Shown here: in pieces, positions 1 through 13,239 of the stretch | Numbering within the stretch: position 1 is the stretch's first letter | Layout of the letters: the number at the start of each line of letters is the position of its first letter | From: Octopus bimaculoides | Lineage: Eukaryota | Reading direction: 5' to 3' | Assembly: GCF_001194135.2 (NCBI RefSeq) | Contig: NC_069002.1 | Coordinates: 14,148,466-14,212,465, forward strand | Length of the DNA: 64,000 nt | The notes under the pieces: model-generated | Database searches by the model: none | What the model saw: the letters and a program-made list of their open reading frames with translations, nothing else | Told to the model about the DNA's origin: nothing | Made by a program: the position numbers and the translations under genes

Positions 1-240
1 GGAGAGATCGAGAAACAGAAAGTTAGAAAGTTATTGTGATACATGCATAAAATGAATAGAGACGGAAAAAGAGAAGAAAAGGTATAAAAGCGGGAGAGTG
101 TCTTTGTATGTGAGAGTGTGTGTGTGTGTGTGTGAGAGAGAGAGGTAGAGAAAGAGTGAGGGAGAGAGAGGGAGTGAGAGGGAGAGAAAGAGTGAAAGAG
201 AGAGACTTAGAGAACGCTAGACAGAGAGGTAGAGTAAGTG
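1..240. repeat. (GA)n/(GT)n compound microsatellite
   Basis: Direct reading: gagagag runs with a (tg)n tract at about 107-133. Confidence 0.9.
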
Positions 241-433
241 CAAGATTAACACATTAGCTAATCTCCTTAACACACTTATTACTAAAGTGGTTTATTGTAA
301 AAATAGAATAGAATAAGTTAAGTCCGATTAGGTTTGGTTCATTTTAAGAAAATCAAGCAAAATACATCGCAAAATACATTCTGACTGATTTTTGGTAAAA
401 GGGCTTTATAATCGACCCAAAACATAAGCAAAA

Positions 434-460
434 TAATATATATATATATGTGCATATATA

Positions 461-516
<56 letters not shown>

Positions 517-545
517 ATAATAATAATAATAATAATAATTATTAT
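434..545. repeat. (TA)n followed by (TAA)n microsatellite
   Basis: Direct reading. Confidence 0.95.
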
Positions 546-855
546 TTTTATTCCTTCGTAACACAGTGTAGGTAAAATGCACCGGAGTTTTTAGTCATCT
601 ATCAAGTCACAACAAGGACCTCAGATAGATATTACTTTCCTTAAGATGTGCGCTGTGCCCAATAAGACTGCTTTTTGCAAGACATCAATCTTGCATGAGA
701 TTTCGAGTTGCCTTAAGGAAGTCTTGAAGTTTCCAATTAAGTAACCCTTCCTCCTAATCACTCTCACTTGGTTCATTAGTTCATTTTCTGACATTGGACA
801 CATGTCCTTTTCCCTCCAAAATTTCAAGGTACGTCGGCCTACACCGTCACGATAT
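545..855 (-). mobile_element. Internally deleted R4/Dong-like non-LTR retrotransposon (N-terminal segment fused to REL C-terminus and 3' UTR)
   Basis: ORF 621-827 ends LQKAVLLGTAHILRKVISI, the typical end of REL-type LINE ORFs. FWREKDMCPMSENELMNQVRVIRRKGYL resembles the R4/Dong N-terminal W..E..L..Q.R.I motif (recalled, not searched). A short aataaaaataataa tail abuts (TAA)n. Confidence 0.75.
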
Positions 856-937
856 CGTTATATTAGATAATTAAAAATGTTGGTATATTTGTACAAGTAA
901 GGAAGCGCCATTCCCATGTGTCTCATAGCACCAGACT

Positions 938-972
<35 letters not shown>

Positions 973-1904
973 ATCCATCCATGCACCCACTCATCTATCT
1001 ATATGTCTATCTATATGTATGTCTGTCTATCTATCCATCTATCTATGAACACCTATGTAAGTTCTACCAATTATTAATGATGAATATATATAACAGATTG
1101 ACTCAGCTATATATTTACATATAAATTTATGTGAGGTCCATTAGTTAGTTAGTCACGCCCTCCATAATAGCTATATTATAGGTTTAACTCTCTGGAAAAT
1201 TTTTATAAATTCCTCTGTTAACATATATCGATAAAAAGGCACTTTCAAAGCGTCTGTTAATATTTACTATAACAAATTTAAATAGTTGCCAGGCTTTACG
1301 TTCACTGCAGAGTAGATTTTAACATTTGATAATCAATATTAATATGTTCTGGCAAAATTTTTCGTTTTCATTTGCAACACAGTCTCTCACTTACTCTCTC
1401 TCCCACCTCTTTTTTTTCTCATTAATAATAATCTACTTAATACATATTTATTGCAATTTTTTCTTTTCAAGTTTTATTTCGTTATTTCAGATGAGGAAAT
1501 CAGGTATTTTCTTGAGTTGAATTCGCTGTGTAAATACCCTCAGTTTACTGTTTATTCATACTGAAAATAAATTATATTGGACAACTTATTAAAACTTACT
1601 GAAGCTTCGAACTCATGTGGCTTATTTCCTTTTCATCGTTATCTAAGAATTAGCAAGTGAATTTGTTCCTATGGCTATTTGATACGCTATATGTATTAAA
1701 ATATCACTATGTGATTACTGCTATTTTTTCGCACACCAAACGTAGTTGGACTACCTTGATGTTTGTTTAAAAAGAAAGAGATGATGAGTGTGATAAAATA
1801 ATGAAAGCAATATTTACTGAGCAAGTGAGAAATTATACAAGAAAATAATTAGACTTAAAATATCATAAAAATTATTAGAATTGGGAATCAAATATGGAAA
1901 TGTT

Positions 1905-2455
1905 ATCGCGTGGCTAGCAGAAAACCGCCCATAGGGCAGTCTTTCTGCTAGTACATATGATAAGGAAATGATAAATAAATACTATACACGGTATACACTA
2001 GAAAAGAAGAGCCACATGCATAGCATACAAAGGTAAAAAAGGTGGGGATGATAGAGATGTGGGCCTCCTGATACAGGGATAATGGAGGAACCCCACTGTC
2101 TGAGATTTTCCTGAAACCCCATGAGCAAGTGCCCTCTCCAATTCCTTCTCATCGACTCACAAGTCTACATTTAGAGGGATATCAACCACTCTTGCCATTT
2201 TCGCAACTTTCACCCAACTTTCAATAAACTCACCTGAGGACAGCACTTCTCTCTCCATTTTCAATTCTATTTTCAAGTTAAACTTGAAAAAATCAACGAG
2301 AGCTCTACCAAAGAGGAATGTATCTGGCCTCATACAGTTCAGCCTTGTCCACCAAACGACCTCTTTCGCCACAGCCATAAGGAAAAGGAAAAAACTACCT
2401 TGCCTGCACGATTGGCAGACGTAACAGAGGGACTAAAAAGCCGGGAGTTCCGTGT
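1905..2455 (-). mobile_element. L1/Tx1-clade LINE 3' fragment (ORF2 C-terminus plus 3' UTR)
   Basis: ORF 2157-2378 (VAKEVVWWTRL...FFKFNLKIELKMEREVLS...WVKVAKMARV) resembles the Tx1-type ORF2 end as recalled. A GC-richer UTR follows. Confidence 0.65.
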
Positions 2456-2564
2456 GTTAAGCCTGTGTTAAACTTATTAAACGTGTGTTAAACTTATTAA
2501 ACCTGTGTACAGGTGTGTTTGTATTTGTGTATCTGTGTGCGCGTACGTGTATGCGTGTGTACAA

Positions 2565-2636
<72 letters not shown>

Positions 2637-2672
2637 GTCTGTCTGTCTGTCTGTCTGCCTGTCTGTCTGTCT
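2565..2672. repeat. (TCTA)n/(TCTG)n tetranucleotide microsatellite
   Basis: Direct reading. Confidence 0.95.
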
Positions 2673-3537
2673 ATATAAATACATATACACACATATATGT
2701 ATATGTATACATTTGTATATGTATATACGAATATATGCGAATGCACATACATGCACACTCCACTTCCTGTGAGGTTAGTTCATCGGCTTAGTGGCACCAC
2801 GTTGAAGCTGGTACCGATTACCAACAAGCATTTGTTCTCCGGAAAGGGAGATAAATTTCGTTGTATGTTATTTAATTTACCTTCAGTCGTCTTTGATGTC
2901 AATATACATGACACTGTCAACTATCAGTTATGTCTCTTAGGTCATTTCCATTTCATGCATATTTTTGTATCTATGTAATTTGTTTGTATATATATATATA
3001 TATATATATATNNNNNNNNNNNNNNNNNNNNNNNNNNNNNNNNNNNNNNNNNNNNNNNNNNNNNNNNNNNNNNNNNNNNNNNNNNNNNNNNNNNNNNNNN
3101 NNNNNNNNNNNNNNNNNNNNNNNNNNNNNNNNNNNNNNNNNNNNNNNNNNNNNNNNNNNNNNNNNNNNNNNNNNNNNNNNNNNNNNNNNNNNNNNNNNNN
3201 NNNNNNNNNNNNNNNNNNNNNNNNNNNNNNNNNNNNNNNNNNNNNNNNNNNNNNNNNNNNNNNNNNNNNNNNNNNNNNNNNNNNNNNNNNNNNNNNNNNN
3301 NNNNNNNNNNNNNNNNNNNNNNNNNNNNNNNNNNNNNNNNNNNNNNNNNNNNNNNNNNNNNNNNNNNNNNNNNNNNNNNNNNNNNNNNNNNNNNNNNNNN
3401 NNNNNNNNNNNNNNNNNNNNNNNNNTTCTGCTGTGCCAAAGAATGTCCGTCTACAGGAACTAAATGTAATATTGTCAAATAGCTGAGGAACAAATGCAAA
3501 TTAAGGGAATAAAAAAAATACCTACTCCCGTTAATAA

Positions 3538-3540
<3 letters not shown>

Positions 3541-3612
<72 letters not shown>
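3541..3612. repeat. (TAA)n microsatellite
   Basis: Direct reading. Confidence 0.95.
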
Positions 3613-3614
<2 letters not shown>

Positions 3615-4074
3615 GCATTAACAAAGAGGATAACGCTAAATAGAAATGCAGAGCGGAACGGTGGCTGCCATTTATTCTCTATATTTCAAATTTGTTACTA
3701 AGATGCTTTTAGCGAAATTATTGCCCTGCACTCCTATACAATTCTGTTTTTTTTACTCTAAACATTTTATGTATTATTTTTCTTTTCTATTCTGTTGAGT
3801 TATCGTTTTTTTTGCTTTGTTTTTGCTTTGTGTTATGTGTTATAACCAGTTTAGTAGTGTTTGTTGTAAACTGTTTAGTTTCTGTTTAGTTTTTTTGGTT
3901 TTCTTTGAAATTATTTTTGGTGGGGGAAGCTTTCTTTCCCCACTCCCGTTCCATTTCCAATCCAAAATGATTTTTTTAGACAGTGAGATCCACGGTTTTT
4001 GTGCATGTGTATTAATAACAATAAAAGTAAAAATAATAACAATAAGAATATTTAAAAAAGCAATAATGGAAGAA

Positions 4075-4075
<1 letters not shown>

Positions 4076-4134
<59 letters not shown>

Positions 4135-4183
4135 GTGTGACTATCTATCTGTGTGATTATCTATCTATCTATCTCTCTGTCTA

Positions 4184-4242
<59 letters not shown>

Positions 4243-4335
4243 GTATGTATGTATTCTTTCATATACATAAATATTATTGTGTCTATGCACATATGTATCT
4301 ATCTATCTATATCTATGTCTCTCTTTCTTTCTCTC

Positions 4336-4415
<80 letters not shown>

Positions 4416-4425
4416 NNNNNNNNNN

Positions 4426-4466
<41 letters not shown>

Positions 4467-4482
4467 CATATATATATATATA
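4076..4482. repeat. Compound (TCTA)n/(TA)n/(CA)n microsatellite
   Basis: Direct reading; contains a 10-N gap. Confidence 0.9.
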
Positions 4483-5029
4483 TAAATGTATATATGTTGA
4501 TGTATATATGCATGAATGTTTATTCCAATAGAAGTGGAAAATAAATTATAAAAATATATAAGTGAATGGAAGGATAACAAATGTTTTCTTGTTTTTAATG
4601 TTCTAACACATTGAGTTCTTTTATTCAGCTGTGTTTATATTTTATTTCATTCCTTCATTCCCGCATTCCTCTATTCACAGTTAATATTCAGAGTGCCATT
4701 CCTAGTTCACAGCTCACAAAACCAAAACTACTTTACTCCTCGCCATTTTATTACAAAAGCTCAGTTATTCATATTACTATTGTGTTTTCGGATATCTTTA
4801 GATATTTTTACAATGACAAAGCTTGATAATATTTCGAAAGTTGCTTTTAAATTAAAACTCCAGAAATCTATTAATATATACTGACGTCACTGTTTTGTAG
4901 GCGTCGTTAATCCTATCCCCACATTCGCCATAATTTCAAGATGCTGCCGGTTTTCATGACTTCGCCATGTTTTCTGACTTTTCTTTAAATCAAGATAACG
5001 GGAATCGATTTTTTAAAATATAATTGTGT

Positions 5030-5210
5030 AGTCTGTTAGAAATAGCAGTCAAATCTGCCACAAATCACAATCTTTCGTCTTATTTATTATCACGTTGGAT
5101 AATGTCATCGTCATAGTTTCGCTGTGAAAAAAACGAGATGATCACAGATGAAATGTCTTTGAACATAAGACTGTTTGATTAAATTTGACACGGGGCTTAA
5201 CAACGATAAC
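5030..5210 (+). repeat. Unclassified interspersed repeat (family D) copy
   Basis: Shares the ctg(c/t)tagaaatagcagyyaaatct motif with copies at about 6395, 6560, 13240, 20555, 61222 and 63815. Confidence 0.6.
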
Positions 5211-5494
5211 AACAAAAATAATCTTTTATATTGTCTCTCTAAATTTCGTACGTACAACTGCCTGTATTGTAGCAGTTGTTGTTTTGATCCTCCATGTTTG
5301 AACAGACCTAGATTATTTAATGTAGTATTAGAATTTTTAGGACAGTAGGTTTTCTAAGAGTAATATAGCTGTTATTTCATGTAGGCCACCCGACAACGTA
5401 GACATTCTCTCGTTGGCTCTTAAGTATCTATAAATTATTGTTAAATTTTATTTCCAGGTCATGTTTGATTCAGCTGACTTATGATTAAAGGTAT

Positions 5495-5680
5495 TCCAAA
5501 TTAACCATCTACAACTTTGCCTCACAAATAAATCCTTCTACAGCCCTGCTTTACAAATAAATATTTTAAAACCTGCTTCATAATACATCTCCTAAAGCTT
5601 TTGCCTTAAACTTAAATCTTGTACAGACCTTGCCTTACAGTTAAGTGTTCTATAAACTTGCTTTATAACTTTATACTACT
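5495..5680. repeat. Degenerate ~29-bp minisatellite, about 6 units
   Basis: Units such as ctacaactttgcctcacaaataaatcctt / ctacagccctgctttacaaataaatattt. Confidence 0.6.
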
Positions 5681-6024
5681 GTGCTCTCTTGCTAGACTGC
5701 CCGTGATGTCTACTGAATAATTTAAAATTTAATATTATTAGTTTCCCTTTATCATTAAAATTCTATCGAGAATCGTACACTTAATTACTGTAATTAAAAA
5801 TCGATTCCTTACTCTTCGTTTTCCTTTTTCTTCTATTTGGAGCAATCGAAATGTAATTAGCAGATGCTAGATGCTAGTTCCAACCAAGTTCTCTGTTCTG
5901 AGACAAAATATAAATAAAATTATTTAATTGGGAAGATATTTTCGAAGACCTATTTGCCGTTTTATAGAAGCAAAAAGGATTCTGGGAAGAAAACAACTTT
6001 GAATTTCAATTAATGTAGAAACGG

Positions 6025-6245
6025 CTCTGGTGGTTAAGCATTTTGATTCGTAAACATATGGGGATCCGTGTTCGATTTCAAACTGTGCGGTGTTTTAGGC
6101 CAGCGTCCTTCTTCTAGAGGGTCGAGTAAAACTTTGAGGAAATAATTTGGAAGATGAAAACTCTGAATAGAATACTATGGTGGGTGTGGTGGTGAGAGGA
6201 CTTGAGGCATTGCTCCAACATAGTCACAGCTTGAATAAAAGAGTA
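6025..6245 (+). mobile_element. Degenerate tRNA-derived SINE (family A)
   Basis: A-box-like tggtggttaag and B-box gtgttcgatttc. The body resembles the 27858-28186 and 62845 copies; tail-like gctccaacatagtcacagcttgaataaaagagta. Confidence 0.55.
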
Positions 6246-6559
6246 GAATAATCAAGCATTCTATTACAATACCATTATCTTCTATTTGAGCAGAGAACAA
6301 ACGAATTATCTTGATCTTCTCACATAAGATTTTGAATACTTAGAATATTTCTGAAGTCAACATTGGTCACTTCGATCTCATGATAGCACCACTGTGAGGT
6401 CAGTCGATATGCTAAAATAGCAGCCAATTCTCCCTTAAACCTGTCTCTATCGTTTTAAAAATCTACTCGACACAAATAGAAACGGACGGTGGAGAGATTT
6501 GCAAACAAAATAAAAGATTTGACATCCCGAATTTAGAGACAATGAAAGAACCTTCACGT

Positions 6560-6770
6560 TGTGGTTACATGATTTGTTAGAAATCACAGCCAAATCACGC
6601 TTAAAAAACACAGAACGGCCTTAAAAGAGGAAGGATATATAGTATTACGTAGTCCTAGATTAACTATGTCTGAAAATAAGACAAAATGGTCGTCTTATTG
6701 GAGTGACTTTTATCCTAGATGTGCTTTATAAATTAGAACACACTTGACTCTAAACAACACCTTTCAGTAA
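6560..6770 (+). repeat. Unclassified interspersed repeat (family D) copy
   Basis: Runs from gatttgttagaaatcacagccaaatc to gactctaaacaac, colinear with 13240-13482. Confidence 0.6.
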
Positions 6771-6849
6771 TATATTACAATCAACTACCACAACCACTAT
6801 AGCTACAAATTCTAACACTAACGCCATTTAAAGCAAGAACATTCTATAA

Positions 6850-7027
6850 CCACCACCACCACCACCACTACCACCGCCACCACCACCGCCACGACGACGA
6901 CGACGACCACCACCACCGCCACCACCACCAACGCTATAACTACCACTTGAAACGCTGCCGTTAACATTTAAATACAATATTCTATAAGGCACCAAGTCTA
7001 TTATCAACTACTACTACTACTACTACT

Positions 7028-7101
<74 letters not shown>

Positions 7102-7287
7102 TGCTGCTACTACTACTACTACATAAGCGCAGCAACTATTTTATAACAACTACTAATGCTCATCATCATCATCATCAGCATCATCACAACCCTCATCAGC
7201 ACATTATCTGAGGCATCATCAAAACTAACAATAACAGGAAATGCAGCACGAAGAAAACGCATCAACTAATTAACAGCGACAGCAACG

Positions 7288-7318
<31 letters not shown>

Positions 7319-7330
7319 CAGCTGCTAGAA
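6850..7330. repeat. Mosaic trinucleotide repeats (ACC, ACG, ACT, GCT, CAT, CAG)
   Basis: Direct reading. Confidence 0.9.
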
Positions 7331-7601
7331 CAACAAAAAAAAAACAACAGAAATAAAACAAACATTAGCAATGTCTAAAGACAAACCGCAACAAATACAA
7401 AAAGCTCATCAAGCATTGAAGAACCACAAGGAAAAACCACAACCACGACGAAAACGAAAGCAGCCTCCATAAAGAGCATGAAACATGCCATTGTCACCCT
7501 TGTAAACAGCGGAAGTTACGCTACAGTGGTTAACTGTCTGCTTAGATGGAAAATATCAATCAATATGTCGGACAGTTATGCGTCTGTATGTATGTGTGCA
7601 T

Positions 7602-7672
<71 letters not shown>

Positions 7673-8749
7673 NNNNNNNNNNNNNNNNNNNNNNNNNNNN
7701 NNNNNNNNNNNNNNNNNNNNNNNNNNNNNNNNNNNNNNNNNNNNNNNNNNNNNNNNNNNNNNNNNNNNNNNNNNNNNNNNNNNNNNNNNNNNNNNNNNNN
7801 NNNNNNNNNNNNNNNNNNNNNNNNNNNNNNNNNNNNNNNNNNNNNNNNNNNNNNNNNNNNNNNNNNNNNNNNNNNNNNNNNNNNNNNNNNNNNNNNNNNN
7901 NNNNNNNNNNNNNNNNNNNNNNNNNNNNNNNNNNNNNNNNNNNNNNNNNNNNNNNNNNNNNNNNNNNNNNNNNNNNNNNNNNNNNNNNNNNNNNNNNNNN
8001 NNNNNNNNNNNNNNNNNNNNNNNNNNNNNNNNNNNNNNNNNNNNNNNNNNNNNNNNNNNNNNNNNNNNNNNNNNNNNNNNNNNNNNNNNNNNNNNNNNNN
8101 NNNNNNNNNNNNNNNNNNNNNNNNNNNNNNNNNNNNNNNNNNNNNNNNNNNNNNNNNNNNNNNNNNNNNNNNNNNNNNNNNNNNNNNNNNNNNNNNNNNN
8201 NNNNNNNNNNNNNNNNNNNNNNNNNNNNNNNNNNNNNNNNNNNNNNNNNNNNNNNNNNNNNNNNNNNNNNNNNNNNNNNNNNNNNNNNNNNNNNNNNNNN
8301 NNNNNNNNNNNNNNNNNNNNNNNNNNNNNNNNNNNNNNNNNNNNNNNNNNNNNNNNNNNNNNNNNNNNTATATATGTATATATATATATATATGCATATA
8401 TGTGTATATATGCATAAGCTATTTCTACACGTTCCCTCAGGCTGGGCCAGTTTTATCCTAACATTTCATATAATGTTTATTTACGTTGTTATTAATAGAA
8501 GATCCCAATCTCTAATTTATAAGAAGTTGCTGAAATTTTATTTTAATCTAATCAATTTAGTTGGTAAAGGTGAATCGTTTTCCTCTGTATTTACACAATA
8601 TTTATTTATATCAATATATTTTACTATCTTTTTTTTGTTTTATTTACAAGTTTAAAATCTCTATACGTTTGTGTTTGTGTACGTATGTGTTTGCTTTATT
8701 TAGCACACACTGTTATGCAGGTATGTATATGTATTTACATATACATGTA

Positions 8750-8771
8750 TCTATACATATACACATATATG

Positions 8772-8805
<34 letters not shown>

Positions 8806-8815
8806 TGTATGTATG

Positions 8816-8868
<53 letters not shown>
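8750..8868. repeat. (TATG)n-(TATC)n microsatellite
   Basis: Direct reading. Confidence 0.95.
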
Positions 8869-8869
<1 letters not shown>

Positions 8870-10903
8870 AAAGAATATGATGCACACATGCATCTACGAA
8901 TGAGTTATGAAACGAGCGAAATACATTCTTTCTGGCGTTGCATGTTTGCCAACGAAAGAAGAAGGGAATCGTCAATACATGTGAAATATATTGTATCGAT
9001 GCAGGACAACTACTGAACCGATAAATGATGAAAAAAAAAACAAAAAAAAACATCCACTGCAGTAAAGAAAGATGTGATTATGCCGTCAGCAAGCGAATGA
9101 TGACAACTACTGAACTGCTCCTAGGAAAGTGATGTACAGATCGACATCCAAAATGAAAGAAGATGTTTACGATGTCAACATGTAAGGCCATATTAATCGC
9201 CAAATTGGCGAATGAAATTAGATATCAATGCACTTAGAAGCTTGACATTAATTAGAAAATTATTACGACTATTATAATACTGTCATGAATTGAAAAGAAA
9301 AACCAAAGCATAACATTTATATAATAGTGTGATCGACTAAGGAAAACACAACCAATGAACTGGCAAATGAAACAACGACAAACGTAAAAAATAAGCCATG
9401 CAATCGACTTACGTGCCATACACAACAGAATGAATCTACAGTGTATAAAAACGAACCCCCAAATAATGAAGAAACGGATTGACATTGATTTATAAATCAA
9501 CCTTTTTTCTACATGTAAGTAAAAATTCCAATACAAATGAAATACATTTTACCTTATAAGTGCCGGAGACAGACTTACATGGCATTAAACAAGAAACAAT
9601 AACAGCAGCAATATTATTTACCCCACCGCTAGATATTAAAGACATAGAAAGCAATACCAATAGGTCACTCATAAAACTAATTAAAAACTTATGAAAAACT
9701 AGTTGAAAACCACTCTCAGCTCAGTTGATGGTCTCGATGCAGCAGCAGGAGCGAATGCTTGTCTTGTCCATGCTGTCAAACAAGTGCCAAAGAGCAGCTT
9801 CCTACGTGTTTATGCAAAGTTAACTGACCGGTCGGTCTCTCATCTTCAATCGATGCCACAGACGCTTCAGATAATGAGAGCTCTGTGTTGATATTTGAGG
9901 AGCTCAACATCCCATGGTTCTACTGGGGCATAACTAGACTGTCTCCTACGCAATACGTTGGACTCTCAACTGATGTCATTCTAAATCACGTATCAACTTC
10001 ATCTGATCGGCGATGGAATTCATCAACCCACACAGATTGTAATTGATGGAGTTCTGGATCTTCTGAACGAACTTTGCCCTTCTTACGATATTATACTGCA
10101 GTGGTTATTTCTTTCTTATGGTCACGGAAGTCTGCGACTTTTCCGGAAGCCTAACACGCACAACCTGATCATATTGAACAAGCCGATGATTTTCAAGATC
10201 CTATCGCTTGTGATATGAACCACAAGCACAGAGTATGATCTCATTTCTTGCACCATATTGGGACCTGCCATGTTGATGTGATCGTTATGTCTGAAAGAGA
10301 GAGAGCAGAAAATTAAAACTGGCCCAAGTACCCTAAAATTTTATTAAGTTCTCTCCTATTTATGAGCCGCTAAAATTTGCTTACAAATACCGTGAGCACC
10401 CAATATGTAACCGAATCCGCTTAATATATTTTTGTGTTACCATTTAAATAATTTATGGGACACACACACAAACACTCGCACACACATGCACATGTCTGCT
10501 AAGCAATGAGTATCTCAGCTTTCGGTGCGCCATCATTAGCGCTATATGTATACATTAATGAAATTATAAACTATTGTAGCCACTACAATAATTTGAGTAT
10601 GTTGATAACAAAATGAAACCACATCCCTATCTATCTCACTAAGGCAATCGATGAGAAGGCAAACCTTTCATTCTTTACAAATTCCACTGTCCATTCCACA
10701 CTTTCTGGATATTTTTGTGCAATCCCGCTTTATTATTTTTGTTGTGACAGACGACTTCCAACGGATCAGTTGCAAGTACCTGATAAAAATGTGCAGCAGA
10801 CACCTATGTGATATTCATAATGTTATGTAAGATGCATTTAATGTGCTTTTGAAACATCAGTAGTACTCGACTACCTCTTTCATTCTTTGCATTTACTAAT
10901 ATC

Positions 10904-10951
<48 letters not shown>

Positions 10952-10983
10952 GAGCTATCTGTCTGTCTCTCTGTCTGCATATT

Positions 10984-11019
<36 letters not shown>

Positions 11020-11406
11020 TATAGGTACATATACATATATGTATATATATATATATGTGTGTGCATGTATGTATTTATGTATGCGTGTATGTTTGTATAT
11101 GTATATATACATGTATATATAATTCCTTCGTTCTATTTTAATTCATGTAATTTATTTTATTTTCACCGCCGCCATTATTATCGTTCTTATATACCATATC
11201 ACACAGGCAAAAAAATAATTTGATGAGGGTAGAATATACATACATACATAGATACATACATACATACATACTTACATACATACATACATACATGCAAGCA
11301 TGCATACATACATACATACATACATACATACGTATATATGTGCGTGTATATATGTATATATATATATATATATGTATATATATGTATATATTTATATGTA
11401 TATTTA

Positions 11407-11459
<53 letters not shown>

Positions 11460-11762
11460 ATATATAGACATATATATGTAGATATATATATGTATATATA
11501 TATATATTTTTTCCTTTCCTGAGCGTCCAATAACACTATCCATATCACGTCCTCACCTTGTTGCTTTTTTGTTATTGTTTTTTTGNNNNNNNNNNNNNNN
11601 NNNNNNNNNNNNNNNNNNNNNNNNNNNNNNNNNNNNNNNNNNNNNNNNNNNNNNNNNNNNNNNNNNNNNNNNNNNNNNNNNNNNNNNNNNNNNNNNNNNN
11701 NNNNNNNNNNNNNNNNNNNNNNNNNNNNNNNNNNNNNNNNNNNNNNNNNNNNNNNNNNNNNN

Positions 11763-11797
<35 letters not shown>

Positions 11798-12654
11798 GCA
11801 TGTAGAGGTATAGGTATATATGTATGTGTGTGCCTATGCGTATATATACATACATAATGCGTACATAAATCATCGATTGAATAGACAGAAAAAAGATGAG
11901 TCTAAATGCCCGGAGAACCCAAACTTACGTAATATAATCCTAAAGTCACGCCCACTAGTTCAGTTGGTTTATCTGTATTTACGCAGTGTCTATATTTAGA
12001 CATATTACTCATTCGTTTCCTTATGTTACATAACGGCAGTGTAAGGACTGATTGTCAGTTCATTTATCTGCTGTTATGTAATGCATGGGCCGCCAAGGAA
12101 GATGTTAGGCTTTCAACAGTTAGGCATGGCTGTGTAGTTCCAAATATTTCACTTCGCAACTGGGTTCGATCCAAGTACACTATACCCTATTTTTGGAAAT
12201 TTTATTTACTAAAGCGACGGTTTAACCAGTTCCTTTGTTAGTGGAATTTCATACATGGAATGTGTATGCATGTTAGGTGAGGACTGGTACATTCGAGCAG
12301 AGATACACTGCACTATTCAATTCCTATTGATTTCTCTACCCTTACGTCAATGCAGACTTTACGCTTCGTATTATATGAAAACCCTAAAATGAATACCAAA
12401 TAATCTCCTGGGCGTCAACAATACACTTGAAGGGTGTGTCCTAGCATGACCACATGCAATGACTGTCCACATGCAATGACTTAAAAATAATATGAAAAAT
12501 GATACGCGGTTCGGGTCGTACGAATATACCGGATTCTATTTTTCTGTTTCAAACTGTATTTTATTTATTAAATGTTTAATACTTTTACATTGGCAATGTT
12601 ACCCATTATGTCACAGCTATCATTATTGTTATTATTTAGCATTTTCTTGTAGCT

Positions 12655-12815
12655 CTTTACACTCTGAGTTCAAATTCCGCTGAGGGGGATTTTTACCTCT
12701 CATCCCATTGAGGTCGATAAAATCGGTAACACTTGAGCACTGAGGTCGTAATCGACTTACCCACTACCCTAAAATTGCTGCCGATGTGTTAAAATTTGAA
12801 ACAATTATTATTCCA
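12655..12815 (+). mobile_element. tRNA-derived SINE (family B), 5'-truncated
   Basis: B-box ctgagttcaaattccg followed by gaggtcgataaaat...gagcactgaggtcg-taatcgactta, shared with other family B copies. Confidence 0.75.
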
Positions 12816-12984
12816 TGCGTTGAGCAATTTCTTCCTGTGTGTTACAAATTATTTCAAACTAGCCATTCTTTGCCGTAACTCCTGATAATATCTTAGTTTT
12901 GCTGCCGTCACATATGACGTATCTTGGGTAGTTAAATCTAATGGAGTTGCTTCATTTCCTGATCTGGCCAAAGAATGAGAAAGA

Positions 12985-13140
12985 AAACAGTCACCCCAGT
13001 ACTGGATTACTCTTTATTTATCGACTCAGAAAGAATAAATATTGATCTGGACGGAATTTGATCACGGAAAGTAAATAACTGGAACAATTATCGTAAAGTA
13101 GTGTCCTCAGCGTTTTACCAAATCCGCTAATTCGTTCCGC
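12985..13140 (-). mobile_element. Degenerate SINE family B copy
   Basis: ccccagtactgg...tttatttatcgactcagaaaga...ggacggaatttga is the reverse complement of the family B body. Confidence 0.55.
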
Positions 13141-13239
13141 AATTCGAAGATTACGTGTGGTTGTAATTAATAATAACAACAGTTAATATTTTGATAAGAT
13201 GCACGGGATGCAAAATCGAAGTGAGAGGCTCTATTACAT

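Noticed and set aside
3426-3470. Possible antisense Dong 3' remnant (CRRTFFGTAE)
   Set aside because: Only about 10 codons next to a gap; too little to call.
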